A stretch of 64,000 nucleotides of DNA. It comes from Clostridia bacterium. Lineage in GTDB: Bacteria; Bacillota; Clostridia; Oscillospirales; CAG-272. The notes under the pieces are model-generated. The model worked only from the letters and a program-made list of their open reading frames with translations. It was not told where the DNA came from and did not search any database. The translations under genes were made by a program, and so were the position numbers. Of this stretch, positions 17,145 through 25,514 are shown piece after piece. The stretch spans positions 89,989-153,988 of the forward strand of contig JAFOEU010000055.1 of assembly GCA_017387685.1 (NCBI GenBank), read 5' to 3'. The number at the start of each line of letters is the position of its first letter. The stretch's first letter is position 1.

Positions 17145-18173
17145 GTGAAACAGTATCTTTTGCCCGAGGGGGGCAAGTTCTATAAAGTAAATATGCACAG
17201 CCATTCTACCTACTCCGACGGTCAGCAGACTCCGGAGGAATTGAAGGAATTATACAAATCCCGCGGATATTCCGCAATCGCATACACCGAGCACGAGGCG
17301 CTTTTCGATTTCACTCGCCTCAACGACGAGGACTTTCTCGCGATCACCTCATACGAATACGCGCTCGGCAATTACTCAAATCCCGCGCACTCCTTCTACG
17401 AGGGCAAGCCCACCTGCTTTTCCGACGTTGAGCAGATGCACCTGAATCTCTACGCGAAGGATCCTCATAACACGAAGCAGATATGCTTCAATCCGAAATT
17501 CATCGGCGAAAAGCAGAAGGCTTTGATCGGCGAGCCCGAATACGTCGGCACGCCCGATTACGAAAAGGTCTGGTCGATTGATTGCATCAACGAGATCATC
17601 AAAACAGCGCGAGAGAACGGATTCCTCGTTTGCTACAATCACCCCAACTGGTCGCTCAACACCTATGAAACCTATTCGAAGCTTGAAAATCTCAATATGC
17701 TCGAGATCAACAACGGCGCATCTAACCGGGGATCGGATATGGATTACACGCCCTACGTCTACGATCAGATGCTCCGACTCGGCAAGCGGATCGCCTCTGT
17801 TGGCGGTGACGACAACCACAGCACCATCCATTTCTTCAAGGCGTGGACGATGGTCAAGGCGGAATCCTTGACGCACGAAAATATTCTGAACGCTATCGAG
17901 GCAGGCGACTGCTACGCATCGTCGGGTCCCGAGATATACGAGCTCTACTACGAGGACGGCAGAGTTTATATCAAGTGCTCGGAGGCAGATGCCGTCCACC
18001 TCTACACCGCCGGCAGACGCCGCTCGCGCACGAACGAGGTCAAAAACAATGAATACGTCACCGAGGCGTCCTTCGAGATACTGCCCACCGATCAGTATTT
18101 CCGCCTGACAGTCAAGGATAAAAACGGAAAATACGCGAATACGAGAGCGTATTTTCTTGATGAATTGAAATAA
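17145..18173 (+). CDS. PHP-domain metal-dependent phosphoesterase
   Basis: VNMHSHSTYSDG is the PHP N-terminal motif. The start is GTG with a GGAGG RBS. Confidence 0.7.
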   Translation: MKQYLLPEGGKFYKVNMHSHSTYSDGQQTPEELKELYKSRGYSAIAYTEHEALFDFTRLNDEDFLAITSYEYALGNYSNPAHSFYEGKPTCFSDVEQMHLNLYAKDPHNTKQICFNPKFIGEKQKALIGEPEYVGTPDYEKVWSIDCINEIIKTARENGFLVCYNHPNWSLNTYETYSKLENLNMLEINNGASNRGSDMDYTPYVYDQMLRLGKRIASVGGDDNHSTIHFFKAWTMVKAESLTHENILNAIEAGDCYASSGPEIYELYYEDGRVYIKCSEADAVHLYTAGRRRSRTNEVKNNEYVTEASFEILPTDQYFRLTVKDKNGKYANTRAYFLDELK

Positions 18174-18176
18174 AAG

Positions 18177-18206
18177 CAAAACGGCTGATCATTGAATCAG
18201 CCGTTT
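18177..18206. terminator. bidirectional terminator
   Basis: AAAACGGCTGATCATTGAATCAGCCGTTTT. Confidence 0.75.
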
Positions 18207-18210
18207 TCGA

Positions 18211-18534
18211 TTAAATTTTCGCAAGGATTTGAAGGTCTTCAATCATTTGATTGAATTTTTCCATTCCCCAAAGTTCAATGAGTTTATCTATCGGGCAGAG
18301 GGAATCTTCCGTCAGATATTTTTGCGCAAACTCGCCGCCGTCATCAATACCTCGGTCATATTTCAAGTAATGAAGTATCAGCTCGGTCAATTCGAGAGGA
18401 TAAAGTGCCGAAGCTATATAAGCATAATCGCGTTCGCCGATAAGCTCGCGGAGCAGGTCGCATAGTGGGAGTGAAAGAAACAAGGGAGAATTTTCTTCGA
18501 GCTTATTAAAACCGGGATATTTGCAGTTTGCCAT
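18211..18534 (-). CDS. hypothetical 107-aa protein
   Basis: ORF 18211..18648 is trimmed to the ATG at 18534, which has a GAGGAG RBS. The upstream part of the ORF covers a terminator hairpin. Confidence 0.5.
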   Translation of the reverse strand: MANCKYPGFNKLEENSPLFLSLPLCDLLRELIGERDYAYIASALYPLELTELILHYLKYDRGIDDGGEFAQKYLTEDSLCPIDKLIELWGMEKFNQMIEDLQILAKI

Positions 18535-18745
18535 TTTTCTTCTCCTCAAATAAAAAGTGTTAAACAAAAAGTGCGCAGCCGAAGCCACGCACAAAAAACG
18601 TAGCTCCTTTTGCTGCGAAACAAGAAAACCTATACCTGAATTTAACACCCAAAGTATACGAAAACAGAGCGTACATTTTTATCATAGATAAAATGTACAC
18701 TTCAAGTGTATTCAATTCAGGAAACATATAGTTTTCCTGTTTCGC
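18535..18745 (-). promoter_or_regulatory. structured 5' leader L1 with an intrinsic terminator (riboswitch/attenuator-like, class unknown)
   Basis: Promoter TTTACA-17-TATAAT (18752-18780). Closing helix CUGCGAAACAGGAAAAC / GUUUUCUUGUUUCGCAG. Terminator GUGCGUGGC-UUCG-GCUGCGCAC-UUUUU (18566-18592). Confidence 0.55.
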
Positions 18746-18886
18746 AGATTTATTATATCACATTTTCTTTGATTTGTAAACAGTTTTTTGAAAAATGGAT
18801 TTAAGTTTTAGAAACTATATTTTATAAAAACGGATTCATAGCAGGGCGAGTTGCATCTTATATTTTTTCCAAAAACAACAGCACGT

Positions 18887-19070
18887 GTCATCCTGAGCGA
18901 AGCGTAAGCGTAGTCGAAGGATCTCGCGAAGCGTCCGGCACGTGGGTTTGGATGTGAATAATATCTCTGTAATAATTTTATTGATTCATATTGATAAAAT
19001 TCACAGCAGACATCAATATTGACCCGCTTCGCGAGATCCTTCGGCTACGCTTTGCTCCGCTCAGGATGAC
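18887..19070. mobile_element. MITE-like inverted repeat (about 46-bp arms, AT-rich centre)
   Basis: The left arm is GTCATCCTGAGCGAAGCGTAAGCGTAGTCGAAGGATCTCGCGAAGCG (18887-18933). The right arm (19025-19070) is its imperfect reverse complement. No ORF lies inside. Confidence 0.5.
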
Positions 19071-19127
19071 AGCGAAATGGAGTTTTTGCTAAAAATTCAA
19101 TTTACGGCTCGTAATAAAGTTATGTAT

Positions 19128-19174
19128 AAAAAAACTACGGATACCGCAGTCTGAACTCGGTATCCGTGGTTTTG
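19128..19174 (-). terminator. intrinsic terminator of the 22995-19316 operon
   Basis: On the minus strand: CCACGGATACCGAG...CGGTATCCGTAG followed by TTTTTT. Confidence 0.75.
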
Positions 19175-19197
19175 TATATGGAAAGAGTGAAGCGCAT

Positions 19198-19317
19198 TGG
19201 AGAGTTTCGCGCTCTGCGGAGGTCGACTTAAGGATATTCAAAAGCTTTCCCTCTGCTGTTGTCTTTTATTTGAATGAAAATTCACATTACCTCTGCCCTC
19301 TAACCTCTGCCCTTCTC
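19198..19317 (-). repeat. composite repeat (reverse orientation) ending in CCTCTGC heptamers that overlap the stop codon at 19316-19318
   Basis: GGAGAGTTTCG-GCGCTCTGCGGAGG-CGACTTAAGG...CTGCTGTTGTCTTTTATTTGAATGAAAATT, then CCTCTGC CCTCTAA CCTCTGC CCTTCTC. The junction hairpin is deleted in this copy. Confidence 0.75.
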
Positions 19318-20188
19318 AAAGGCTTGTTTTCGAAACGAGGTGCTTTGCTCTCTTTACCATAAATTCTACCGCGGTGGGGAAGAATTCGTTGTCGAATCCC
19401 TTGAGGAAGGCGTCAGCCTCGTAGGTGAATTCGCCGTCGTACTTGATATCCTCGAATGCCTTCATAATGTTATCCCAGTTCATCAGACCGAGTCCGGGGA
19501 TGGTGTGGCGGTCGCCCTGATAATCGTTATCGTGGAGGTGGACCGACTTGAGTCTGTCGTGACCGAGGATGCGGATGGTGTCCTCTGCCTCCTCGCCGAC
19601 GAGCGAGCAATGTCCGACGTCGAGGCAGGCAACTACCCACTCGCTGTCGATCGCGTCGATGAGCGCGGCGTGATCCTTCGCGAATCCCGCAACGTCGGTG
19701 CAGATGCACTTACGCTTGATTTCCTTCTGCCACATATTCTCAAGCGCGATCTTTACGCCGAGATTGCGTGCAAGCGGAACGAGCGACTTGTAATACTGAA
19801 TATTCAGCTCATTGATCTCATCCTCGTGACCGAGATAGGGCATCCAGTGGAGGGGATGAACGACCGCGATCTTAACGCCCATCATCGCGCTGATCTCAAG
19901 CGACTGCTCGACGCGGGGCTTCGCGATATTTTCGCGGATGTTTTCGTCTGCCCAAGCAAAGGAGAAGGGCGCGTGCGACTGATTGAAGATGATTCCGTTT
20001 GCATCGCAAAAAGCCTTTCGCTCTTCAACGAGCTTTCTCCAATCGCCTGCAATATAGGGGCTGTCATCGCGGATCATCTCGAAGAGGGAGAGATCGAGGC
20101 AATCGTAGCCCGCGTTTTTAAGGGTGAGGACTCCCTGTTCGAATCCAAGTCTGCCAACCGAATGACCGGTCTGTGTTGAAATAAGCAT
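19316..20188 (-). CDS. sugar phosphate isomerase/epimerase (xylose isomerase-like TIM barrel)
   Basis: A 290-aa protein with a family-typical pattern (HAPF...VVHP...ALEN...DVGH...HLHDN). Confidence 0.75.
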   Translation of the reverse strand: MLISTQTGHSVGRLGFEQGVLTLKNAGYDCLDLSLFEMIRDDSPYIAGDWRKLVEERKAFCDANGIIFNQSHAPFSFAWADENIRENIAKPRVEQSLEISAMMGVKIAVVHPLHWMPYLGHEDEINELNIQYYKSLVPLARNLGVKIALENMWQKEIKRKCICTDVAGFAKDHAALIDAIDSEWVVACLDVGHCSLVGEEAEDTIRILGHDRLKSVHLHDNDYQGDRHTIPGLGLMNWDNIMKAFEDIKYDGEFTYEADAFLKGFDNEFFPTAVEFMVKRAKHLVSKTSL

Positions 20189-20206
20189 GATTTTTGTTCC
20201 TTTCGG

Positions 20207-22246
20207 TTATTTCTTCTTGAAGTTTGCTGTAAAGGTTGTCGCTTTAGCGATCTTGACGTTGCCCGTTCCGGTGAGCGCACCGTCAGCGGTGGACCAACCC
20301 TCGAAGACGTAGCCGTCGAGGGGGATGACCTTGACGATAACGTTGCCCTTGCCGTCGTTTTCAAGCTCGATGCGTCCGCCCTCGCTTGCAACGATGCTTT
20401 GTGACTCAGCTATTGAGAAGACCAGCTTTGCCGTAGTGCCGTCGGGGTGCGTGATCTGAATATACTTACTGCACGCACGGGAGGTGAAGGTGATCGTTTC
20501 TGCCTTGACACCGTTTACGACGCTGTGTGTGGAAAGTCCGAGGATGCCCTCGTCCTTCTGGCTGAAATTGCAGGACTCGAGCTTTATGTCGTTGTTTTCA
20601 AACTTCAAGCCGTAAACGCCCTGGAATTTGAAAATGCCGTCCTTGACAGCGGGCTGACCGTTGCAGGTGACCTTATTGTCGGTGAAATTGATATTTCCCA
20701 TGTAATTCGTTGCCTTGAGATAACCCGAGAGCATATAGGGCTTGCTGTTGTAAGTATCCTGACGGAGAACGTTCTCTCTGAAAATGATGCCGGGAGTAAC
20801 GCTTGTGCCGGTTACGAGGATTACTCTCTTGTCCGAGCCTCTTTCGATCGTGAATTCGTTATTCGAAATATTCACGTTATGCGTGCCCGCCTGCTCAAAG
20901 GCGAAAGCTTTGGTGATCTTTTTGCCGTCGACGACGTTATTATAGGTCACGTCTGAGGTGTTGGGATAAAGAATTATAAACGCGGGGTTCGCTTCGGTGC
21001 AGAATTTATTGGAATCCTTGGTGGCAATAAAGGTGTTGCCCGTGATCTCAACGTTCGTGATGCTCGCGAAGCGGATCGCGGCGTAGGTCGGGCGGTCAAA
21101 GACGTTGTTGGTGATCTTGAAATTGTCCGCGACAGCCTCGTGTGCCGTTCCGTGGTGACCGATCGCGATGTGCGCGCCGGGGAGCTCATCGGAGGGGCCG
21201 AAATAGCAGGAGTCGATGGTGATATTTTTGCATCCGTAGAGCTCGCCGTAATCAAAGCGGACGGGAGCATTCTCGTGGTTGCTGCTGTGCGCGCCGGGAT
21301 GCGACTGCTCGATCTGAATGGTCTCGCGGGTAAAGGTATCGCCCCACTCAAAGCCCGCGAAGATGCAGTTGCGGATGGTGACGTCCTCACAGCCCGTCAC
21401 CTGAATGACGTGGTTGTTCTTGATATCCTTGAATATCATATTTTCGATCGTAATACCCTTACTCAAACCGAAAAGGAGGGTCGACTGGGTCGAATGATCG
21501 TTATCAATTACACCGCCGCTGACCGTGAAGTTAGAGGAACCGTTTCTGCCGAATTCCTTCATTTTCGTGTTGAGAATACGCGCAAGGATCAAAACGGTGA
21601 CCTCACCGTTCTTTACCTTTTCTGCAAGCTCGTCGGTGAAGCCTTCGCCCGCATCGGTGAAGCCCGAGTACATCTTCAGAGTTACGCCTTCGCGCATGGT
21701 GATGACCTTGATATTATAAAATCCGGGGTAGATAAAGATGGTACCGCCGCCCTTTTTCGAGGTACTGTCGATGAGGGACTGAAGCTTTGAGGACTGATCA
21801 GTCAGATTTGTCGATGTCTTGCTTCCCGTAATGCCGTATTTTGCGGCGCTGATGAATTCTTCCTCGCAAGGAAAAGCTTCATAAGTGATGCCGCCGTCTT
21901 CCGCAACCTTTGCCTTGATAGACGCCTTGTGACCGAAGCAGTCGAGAACCGCTATTTCGGTCTCGCCGACGTGGAGCGAGGTCAGGGTTACGTTGTAAGA
22001 ACGCGGAACAAGCTCCGCCGAGAGAATATTGGGGTCTGCGATCTCGAGAGAATACGCAGGAAAGCCCCAACCGGGATTGTTAACCGTTACGGTTGTGGAT
22101 TCAACGGGAATAAGCGCCGTTGTTTCGGGCGCGGGCGCGGTGGTGTCGGCTACCGTTGTTTCGACGGGCTCACCGTCGCCGCCGCAGGATACCGAAATCA
22201 ATGCAGTGAGGAGCAAAATAATTATTAAACTAAACTTTTTCATCAT
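20207..22246 (-). CDS. secreted lipoprotein with a right-handed beta-helix domain and a C-terminal Listeria/Bacteroides-type repeat
   Basis: Lipobox LLTALISVSC. Beta-helix repeats (VIQVTGCEDVTIRNCIF, ITIDSCYF). C-terminal GYVFEGWSTADG motif. Confidence 0.7.
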   Translation of the reverse strand: MMKKFSLIIILLLTALISVSCGGDGEPVETTVADTTAPAPETTALIPVESTTVTVNNPGWGFPAYSLEIADPNILSAELVPRSYNVTLTSLHVGETEIAVLDCFGHKASIKAKVAEDGGITYEAFPCEEEFISAAKYGITGSKTSTNLTDQSSKLQSLIDSTSKKGGGTIFIYPGFYNIKVITMREGVTLKMYSGFTDAGEGFTDELAEKVKNGEVTVLILARILNTKMKEFGRNGSSNFTVSGGVIDNDHSTQSTLLFGLSKGITIENMIFKDIKNNHVIQVTGCEDVTIRNCIFAGFEWGDTFTRETIQIEQSHPGAHSSNHENAPVRFDYGELYGCKNITIDSCYFGPSDELPGAHIAIGHHGTAHEAVADNFKITNNVFDRPTYAAIRFASITNVEITGNTFIATKDSNKFCTEANPAFIILYPNTSDVTYNNVVDGKKITKAFAFEQAGTHNVNISNNEFTIERGSDKRVILVTGTSVTPGIIFRENVLRQDTYNSKPYMLSGYLKATNYMGNINFTDNKVTCNGQPAVKDGIFKFQGVYGLKFENNDIKLESCNFSQKDEGILGLSTHSVVNGVKAETITFTSRACSKYIQITHPDGTTAKLVFSIAESQSIVASEGGRIELENDGKGNVIVKVIPLDGYVFEGWSTADGALTGTGNVKIAKATTFTANFKKK

Positions 22247-22995
22247 GATTTTACAAATTTAGCAGCTTCAAATGCCGCGCTGTAGAACTCATCGAGGCTC
22301 ATTTCGGGGATGCGCTTGACTTCAAGCGAAATTATGCCCTCGTAACCTTCAAGATTCTTTCGGACGTAATCCCAATCAACGCCCGTGCCGCGTCCGGGGA
22401 GGAGGTGTTCGTCGGCGTTGTAGATTCCGCTGTTATCGTGCAGATGGAGCGCGGCGAGCCTTGAGCGGTACTTCGGGAGCGCAAGCTTGGTCTGCGAGAA
22501 GCAGGACTCGTGACCGCTGTCGTAGCAGAATTTCAGGCGCGGGCAGTCGAGCTTGGCGTAAATGTAGTCGATAAAGTGGAAAAATCTCTGATTTTCAAGG
22601 CAGATATCGACGTTTGCGCGGTCGGCAACCTCAATAAGCCTTGCCATTCTGTCCATACCGATCTCGGAGATGGGCGGGTAATCGTTGCCCGAGGAAATAT
22701 GGAGAACCGCGCGCGGAATGCCAAACTTGCCGCACTCGGTAAAGTTTTCTTCAAGCATTTTGTAGGCAGCCTCGCCGTCAAGGTTGTCGCGCCAGAAGTT
22801 GTTGATGCCGTTCCAGGGCGCGTGGCAGTTGTTGATCTCAAGACCAACCTTGTGGATAATGTCGACCTGCTTTGCGTTGTCAAAAGTACCGCTGAGGCTG
22901 ATAAGCACCGCATCAAATCCCGCGCGCTTGATAGCCTCAAATGTAGCAGTAGGATCAGATTTCTGTTTTCCGGTATGAATGCCGTATTTGATCAT
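22243..22995 (-). CDS. sugar phosphate isomerase/epimerase (TIM barrel)
   Basis: A 250-aa protein with the pattern HAPW...VLHISSG...CLEN...DSGH...HLHDN. It overlaps the downstream gene by 4 nt. Confidence 0.75.
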   Translation of the reverse strand: MIKYGIHTGKQKSDPTATFEAIKRAGFDAVLISLSGTFDNAKQVDIIHKVGLEINNCHAPWNGINNFWRDNLDGEAAYKMLEENFTECGKFGIPRAVLHISSGNDYPPISEIGMDRMARLIEVADRANVDICLENQRFFHFIDYIYAKLDCPRLKFCYDSGHESCFSQTKLALPKYRSRLAALHLHDNSGIYNADEHLLPGRGTGVDWDYVRKNLEGYEGIISLEVKRIPEMSLDEFYSAAFEAAKFVKS

Positions 22996-23025
22996 AGTAA
23001 TGTCTTCCTTTTTGTGCTGTTATAG

Positions 23026-23150
23026 TCGGCTTCGCCGAGTGATAATCTCGCTTCGCGAGAGTGATAATCCGCCTGCGGCGGAGTGATAATTTCCGCTGCG
23101 CGGAAAATAAAGGTGAATTTTCTCGCCTTCGGCTCAAAAATTATTAAATT
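23026..23150 (+). repeat. repeat arm: 3x AGTGATAAT + mini-hairpin units, then AATAAAGGTGAATTTT and a degenerate hairpin
   Basis: TCGGCTTCGCCGA GTGATAAT CTCGCTTCGCGAG AGTGATAAT CCGCCTGCGGCGG AGTGATAAT TTCCGCTGCGCGGAA. Confidence 0.8.
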
Positions 23151-23230
23151 ACGGGAATTAAGTAATATTTTTAGTCTCTTTATACTGCGCCGTCCCCTAC
23201 AAGCTTTGGGTGAAGATTTAATTGAAATAT

Positions 23231-23264
23231 AAAAACGGAGCAACGCCAAAAAGACGTTGCTCCG
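23231..23264 (-). terminator. intrinsic terminator of fba
   Basis: On the minus strand: CGGAGCAACGTC-TTTTTGG-CGTTGCTCCG followed by TTTTT. Confidence 0.8.
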
Positions 23265-23273
23265 CAAACGAAA

Positions 23274-24233
23274 TTAAAGGGTATTGGAAGAGCCGAGAAC
23301 GTTGACGATCTTGTGGCGGACCATCTTCTTAACTTCCTCACGAGCAACCTTGAGATACTCTCTGGGGTCGAACGCTGCGGGGTTCTCGTTGAATACGCGG
23401 CGGATACCCGCGGTCATAGCGAGACGGATGTCGGAGTCGATGTTGATCTTACAAACAGCCATCTGAGCTGCGCGGCGAAGCTGCTCCTCGGGAATGCCTA
23501 CTGCATCGGGGAGCTGACCGCCGAGGGCATTGATCTCTGCAACGTATTCCTGGGGAACGGAGGATGCGCCGTGGAGAACGATGGGGAACTCGGGAAGACG
23601 CTTGCCGATCTCTTCAAGAATGTCAAAACGGAGAGGAGGAGGAACAAGGATGCCCTTCTCATTTCTGGTGCACTGTGCGGGAGTGAACTTATATGCGCCG
23701 TGGGAGGTACCGATGGAGATAGCGAGGGAGTCAACGCCGGTGCGGGTTACGAAATCCTCAACCTCTTCGGGACGGGTGTAGGAGGAGTGCTCAGCTACAA
23801 CGTCATCCTCAACGCCTGCGAGAACGCCGAGCTCGCCCTCAACAACGCATCCGCGTGCGTGAGCGTACTCAACGACCTTCTTGGTGAGAGCGATATTGTC
23901 TTCGTAGTCGAAGTGAGAACCGTCGATCATAACGGAGGTAAAGCCGCCGTCGATGCAGGACTTGCAGATCTCGAAATCTGCGCCGTGGTCAAGGTGAAGA
24001 GCGAAATCAACGCCGCTGTCCTCAGCTGCTGCGCGAGCGAGGCCCATGAGGTATGCGTGCTTAGCATACTTACGAGCGCCTGCGGAAACCTGAAGAACTA
24101 CGGGGGACTTCTCCTCTGCAGCTGCCTCGGTGATCGCCTGGATAATTTCCATGTTGTTAATGTTGAAAGCGCCGATAGCATAGCCGCCGGCATAAGCCTT
24201 CTTGAACATTTCCTTGGTTGTTACAAGTGCCAT
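23274..24233 (-). CDS. fba: class II fructose-1,6-bisphosphate aldolase
   Basis: The N-terminus MALVTTKEMFKKAYAGGYAIGAFNINNMEIIQAI, followed by LHLDHG. The protein is 319 aa and the RBS is AAGGAG. Confidence 0.92.
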   Translation of the reverse strand: MALVTTKEMFKKAYAGGYAIGAFNINNMEIIQAITEAAAEEKSPVVLQVSAGARKYAKHAYLMGLARAAAEDSGVDFALHLDHGADFEICKSCIDGGFTSVMIDGSHFDYEDNIALTKKVVEYAHARGCVVEGELGVLAGVEDDVVAEHSSYTRPEEVEDFVTRTGVDSLAISIGTSHGAYKFTPAQCTRNEKGILVPPPLRFDILEEIGKRLPEFPIVLHGASSVPQEYVAEINALGGQLPDAVGIPEEQLRRAAQMAVCKINIDSDIRLAMTAGIRRVFNENPAAFDPREYLKVAREEVKKMVRHKIVNVLGSSNTL

Positions 24234-24487
24234 TTTAAATCTCCTTGTGAGTTAATTTATTTCCACTCTATATTATACACTTTTTTTGTTAAGAAATCAA
24301 GATTTTCGGGGAATATTGTTTGGATATTTGAGAAAAAAACAGAAAAATCCCGCAATATGACGGGATTTTGGACAGAGCGCCATCTGTAGGCGAATTTTTT
24401 TATCTTAATTATATTTAGCACTTGGTTTTGCCCAGACAAGATCGAGAGCTTCTGTTCAGGTAATATTTAATGAGTGTTACAAAAATT

Positions 24488-24757
24488 TTACTCAGAAATA
24501 GCCTCTGTCAACATTTTTACTGCAAGCGAAAAGCCTTTGATAAATGAAACTTCCGCCTCGGTTAATGAGATCTCTGTGTGACAGGTACGAAGCCGATCGA
24601 GAACTTGTTTTCCGTCCGCGTCGAGCTTGTTCCATAGAATATTATAATAAGCATCGACCTTTTTATTCAACTCTCTTATTTTCTCATCGTCAGCATCTGT
24701 TTTATCTTTTATAGGGTGGATGTCTCCGCGCCAGAGTTCGGACAGTGTCTCTTTCAT
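24488..24757 (-). CDS. hypothetical 89-aa protein (resembles a small Firmicute DUF family from memory, unverified)
   Basis: The RBS is GGAGG. The protein is helical and charged. It is preceded by leader L2. Confidence 0.55.
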   Translation of the reverse strand: MKETLSELWRGDIHPIKDKTDADDEKIRELNKKVDAYYNILWNKLDADGKQVLDRLRTCHTEISLTEAEVSFIKGFSLAVKMLTEAISE

Positions 24758-24986
24758 TTTTCCGCCTCCAATACAAAAAGTGCGCAGCCGAAGCCGCGCA
24801 CCGAAAAACGCAAACTCCGATTGCTGCTACACAAACCGAAGTTAGATCTCAACCTTTTGGGTTCACTCCAACCGCGTGGAATCTGCGTTTTTGCCGATTT
24901 CATACGAATGGAGTGTTCGCCAAAAAAGGGTATAGTTATACAACTATGCCAAAAGATAGGAGATCATTTTATTCAGTTTGTGTAGC
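24758..24986 (-). promoter_or_regulatory. structured 5' leader L2 with an intrinsic terminator (paralogue of L1)
   Basis: Promoter TTTACA-17-TATAAT (24993-25021). Closing helix UUGCUACACAAAC / GUUUGUGUAGCAG. Terminator GUGCGCGGC-UUCG-GCUGCGCAC-UUUUU (24774-24802). Confidence 0.55.
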
Positions 24987-25116
24987 AAATATATTATAGC
25001 ATATTTTGGGCACTTTGTAAACACTTAATTGAAATTTTAGCGTAGTTTATAAAGTTTAACAAAAAGAAAATTCCCGCCGAAGCGGAAATTTTCTATATGC
25101 AAAATTATAAAAAGGA

Positions 25117-25145
25117 TTGACAAAATATAAAAACCGGTGTATAAT
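25117..25145 (+). promoter_or_regulatory. promoter of the candidate antitoxin sRNA
   Basis: TTGACA (25117-25122), a 17-nt spacer, then TATAAT (25140-25145). Confidence 0.65.
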
Positions 25146-25151
25146 AATAAC

Positions 25152-25237
25152 GTAGGAGCACCGATACGGTTGCTTCCTTACATGATTATCAAAAAGATAA
25201 CCGCAGTGTTGGTAGCAGGGCGGTTATCTTTTTTTGT
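25152..25237 (+). ncRNA. candidate antisense sRNA (type I antitoxin-like)
   Basis: It runs from the promoter at 25117 to the shared hairpin AGATAACCGC...GCGGTTATCT and its T-run (25195-25236). It is complementary to the 3' end of the toxin mRNA. Its 5' module CGUAGGAGCACCGAUACGGUUGCUUCC resembles the toxin 5' UTR. Confidence 0.5.
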
Positions 25238-25313
25238 TTTTAAAACAGGTTATAATGGCAATAATAAGCATAGCGATCTTAATAAGATCGTCCCATGTAA
25301 TATATTCTTCCAT
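25224..25313 (-). CDS. 29-aa hydrophobic peptide MEEYITWDDLIKIAMLIIAIITCFKNKKR (type I toxin / holin-like toxin candidate)
   Basis: Not in the ORF track because it is under 60 aa. The RBS GGAGGGAGG is sequestered in a 9-bp hairpin (25321-25342). It has its own promoter, TTGACA-17-TATAAA, at 25422-25450. The stop codon lies inside the shared terminator stem. Confidence 0.6.
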   Translation of the reverse strand: MEEYITWDDLIKIAMLIIAIITCFKNKKR

Positions 25314-25421
25314 AATACCACCTCCCTCCATACGGAGGAAGGCAAAAAAGATTACACTTCCTCCGAATTGAGAGGAAGCAACCGCACCGATATGGTACTC
25401 CTACGGGCTTTCGCCGAGTAT

Positions 25422-25450
25422 TTTATAGCACACTTGATATTTTTTGTCAA
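25422..25450 (-). promoter_or_regulatory. promoter of the toxin mRNA
   Basis: On the minus strand: TTGACA, a 17-nt spacer, then TATAAA. Confidence 0.6.
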
Positions 25451-25514
25451 TAAAAACGTTATGATAAGTAAAAAAGAAATGAAGGAGCAAAAATCTCCCG
25501 CAAGGGGAGATTTT

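Noticed and set aside
18580-18730. A ~55-aa ORF on the minus strand inside leader L1 (MFPELNTLEVYILSMIKMYALFSY...) with a weak AGGAAAA RBS
   Set aside because: It reads through the closing helix and the terminator. The paralogous leader L2 has no equivalent ORF, only a 7-codon one.
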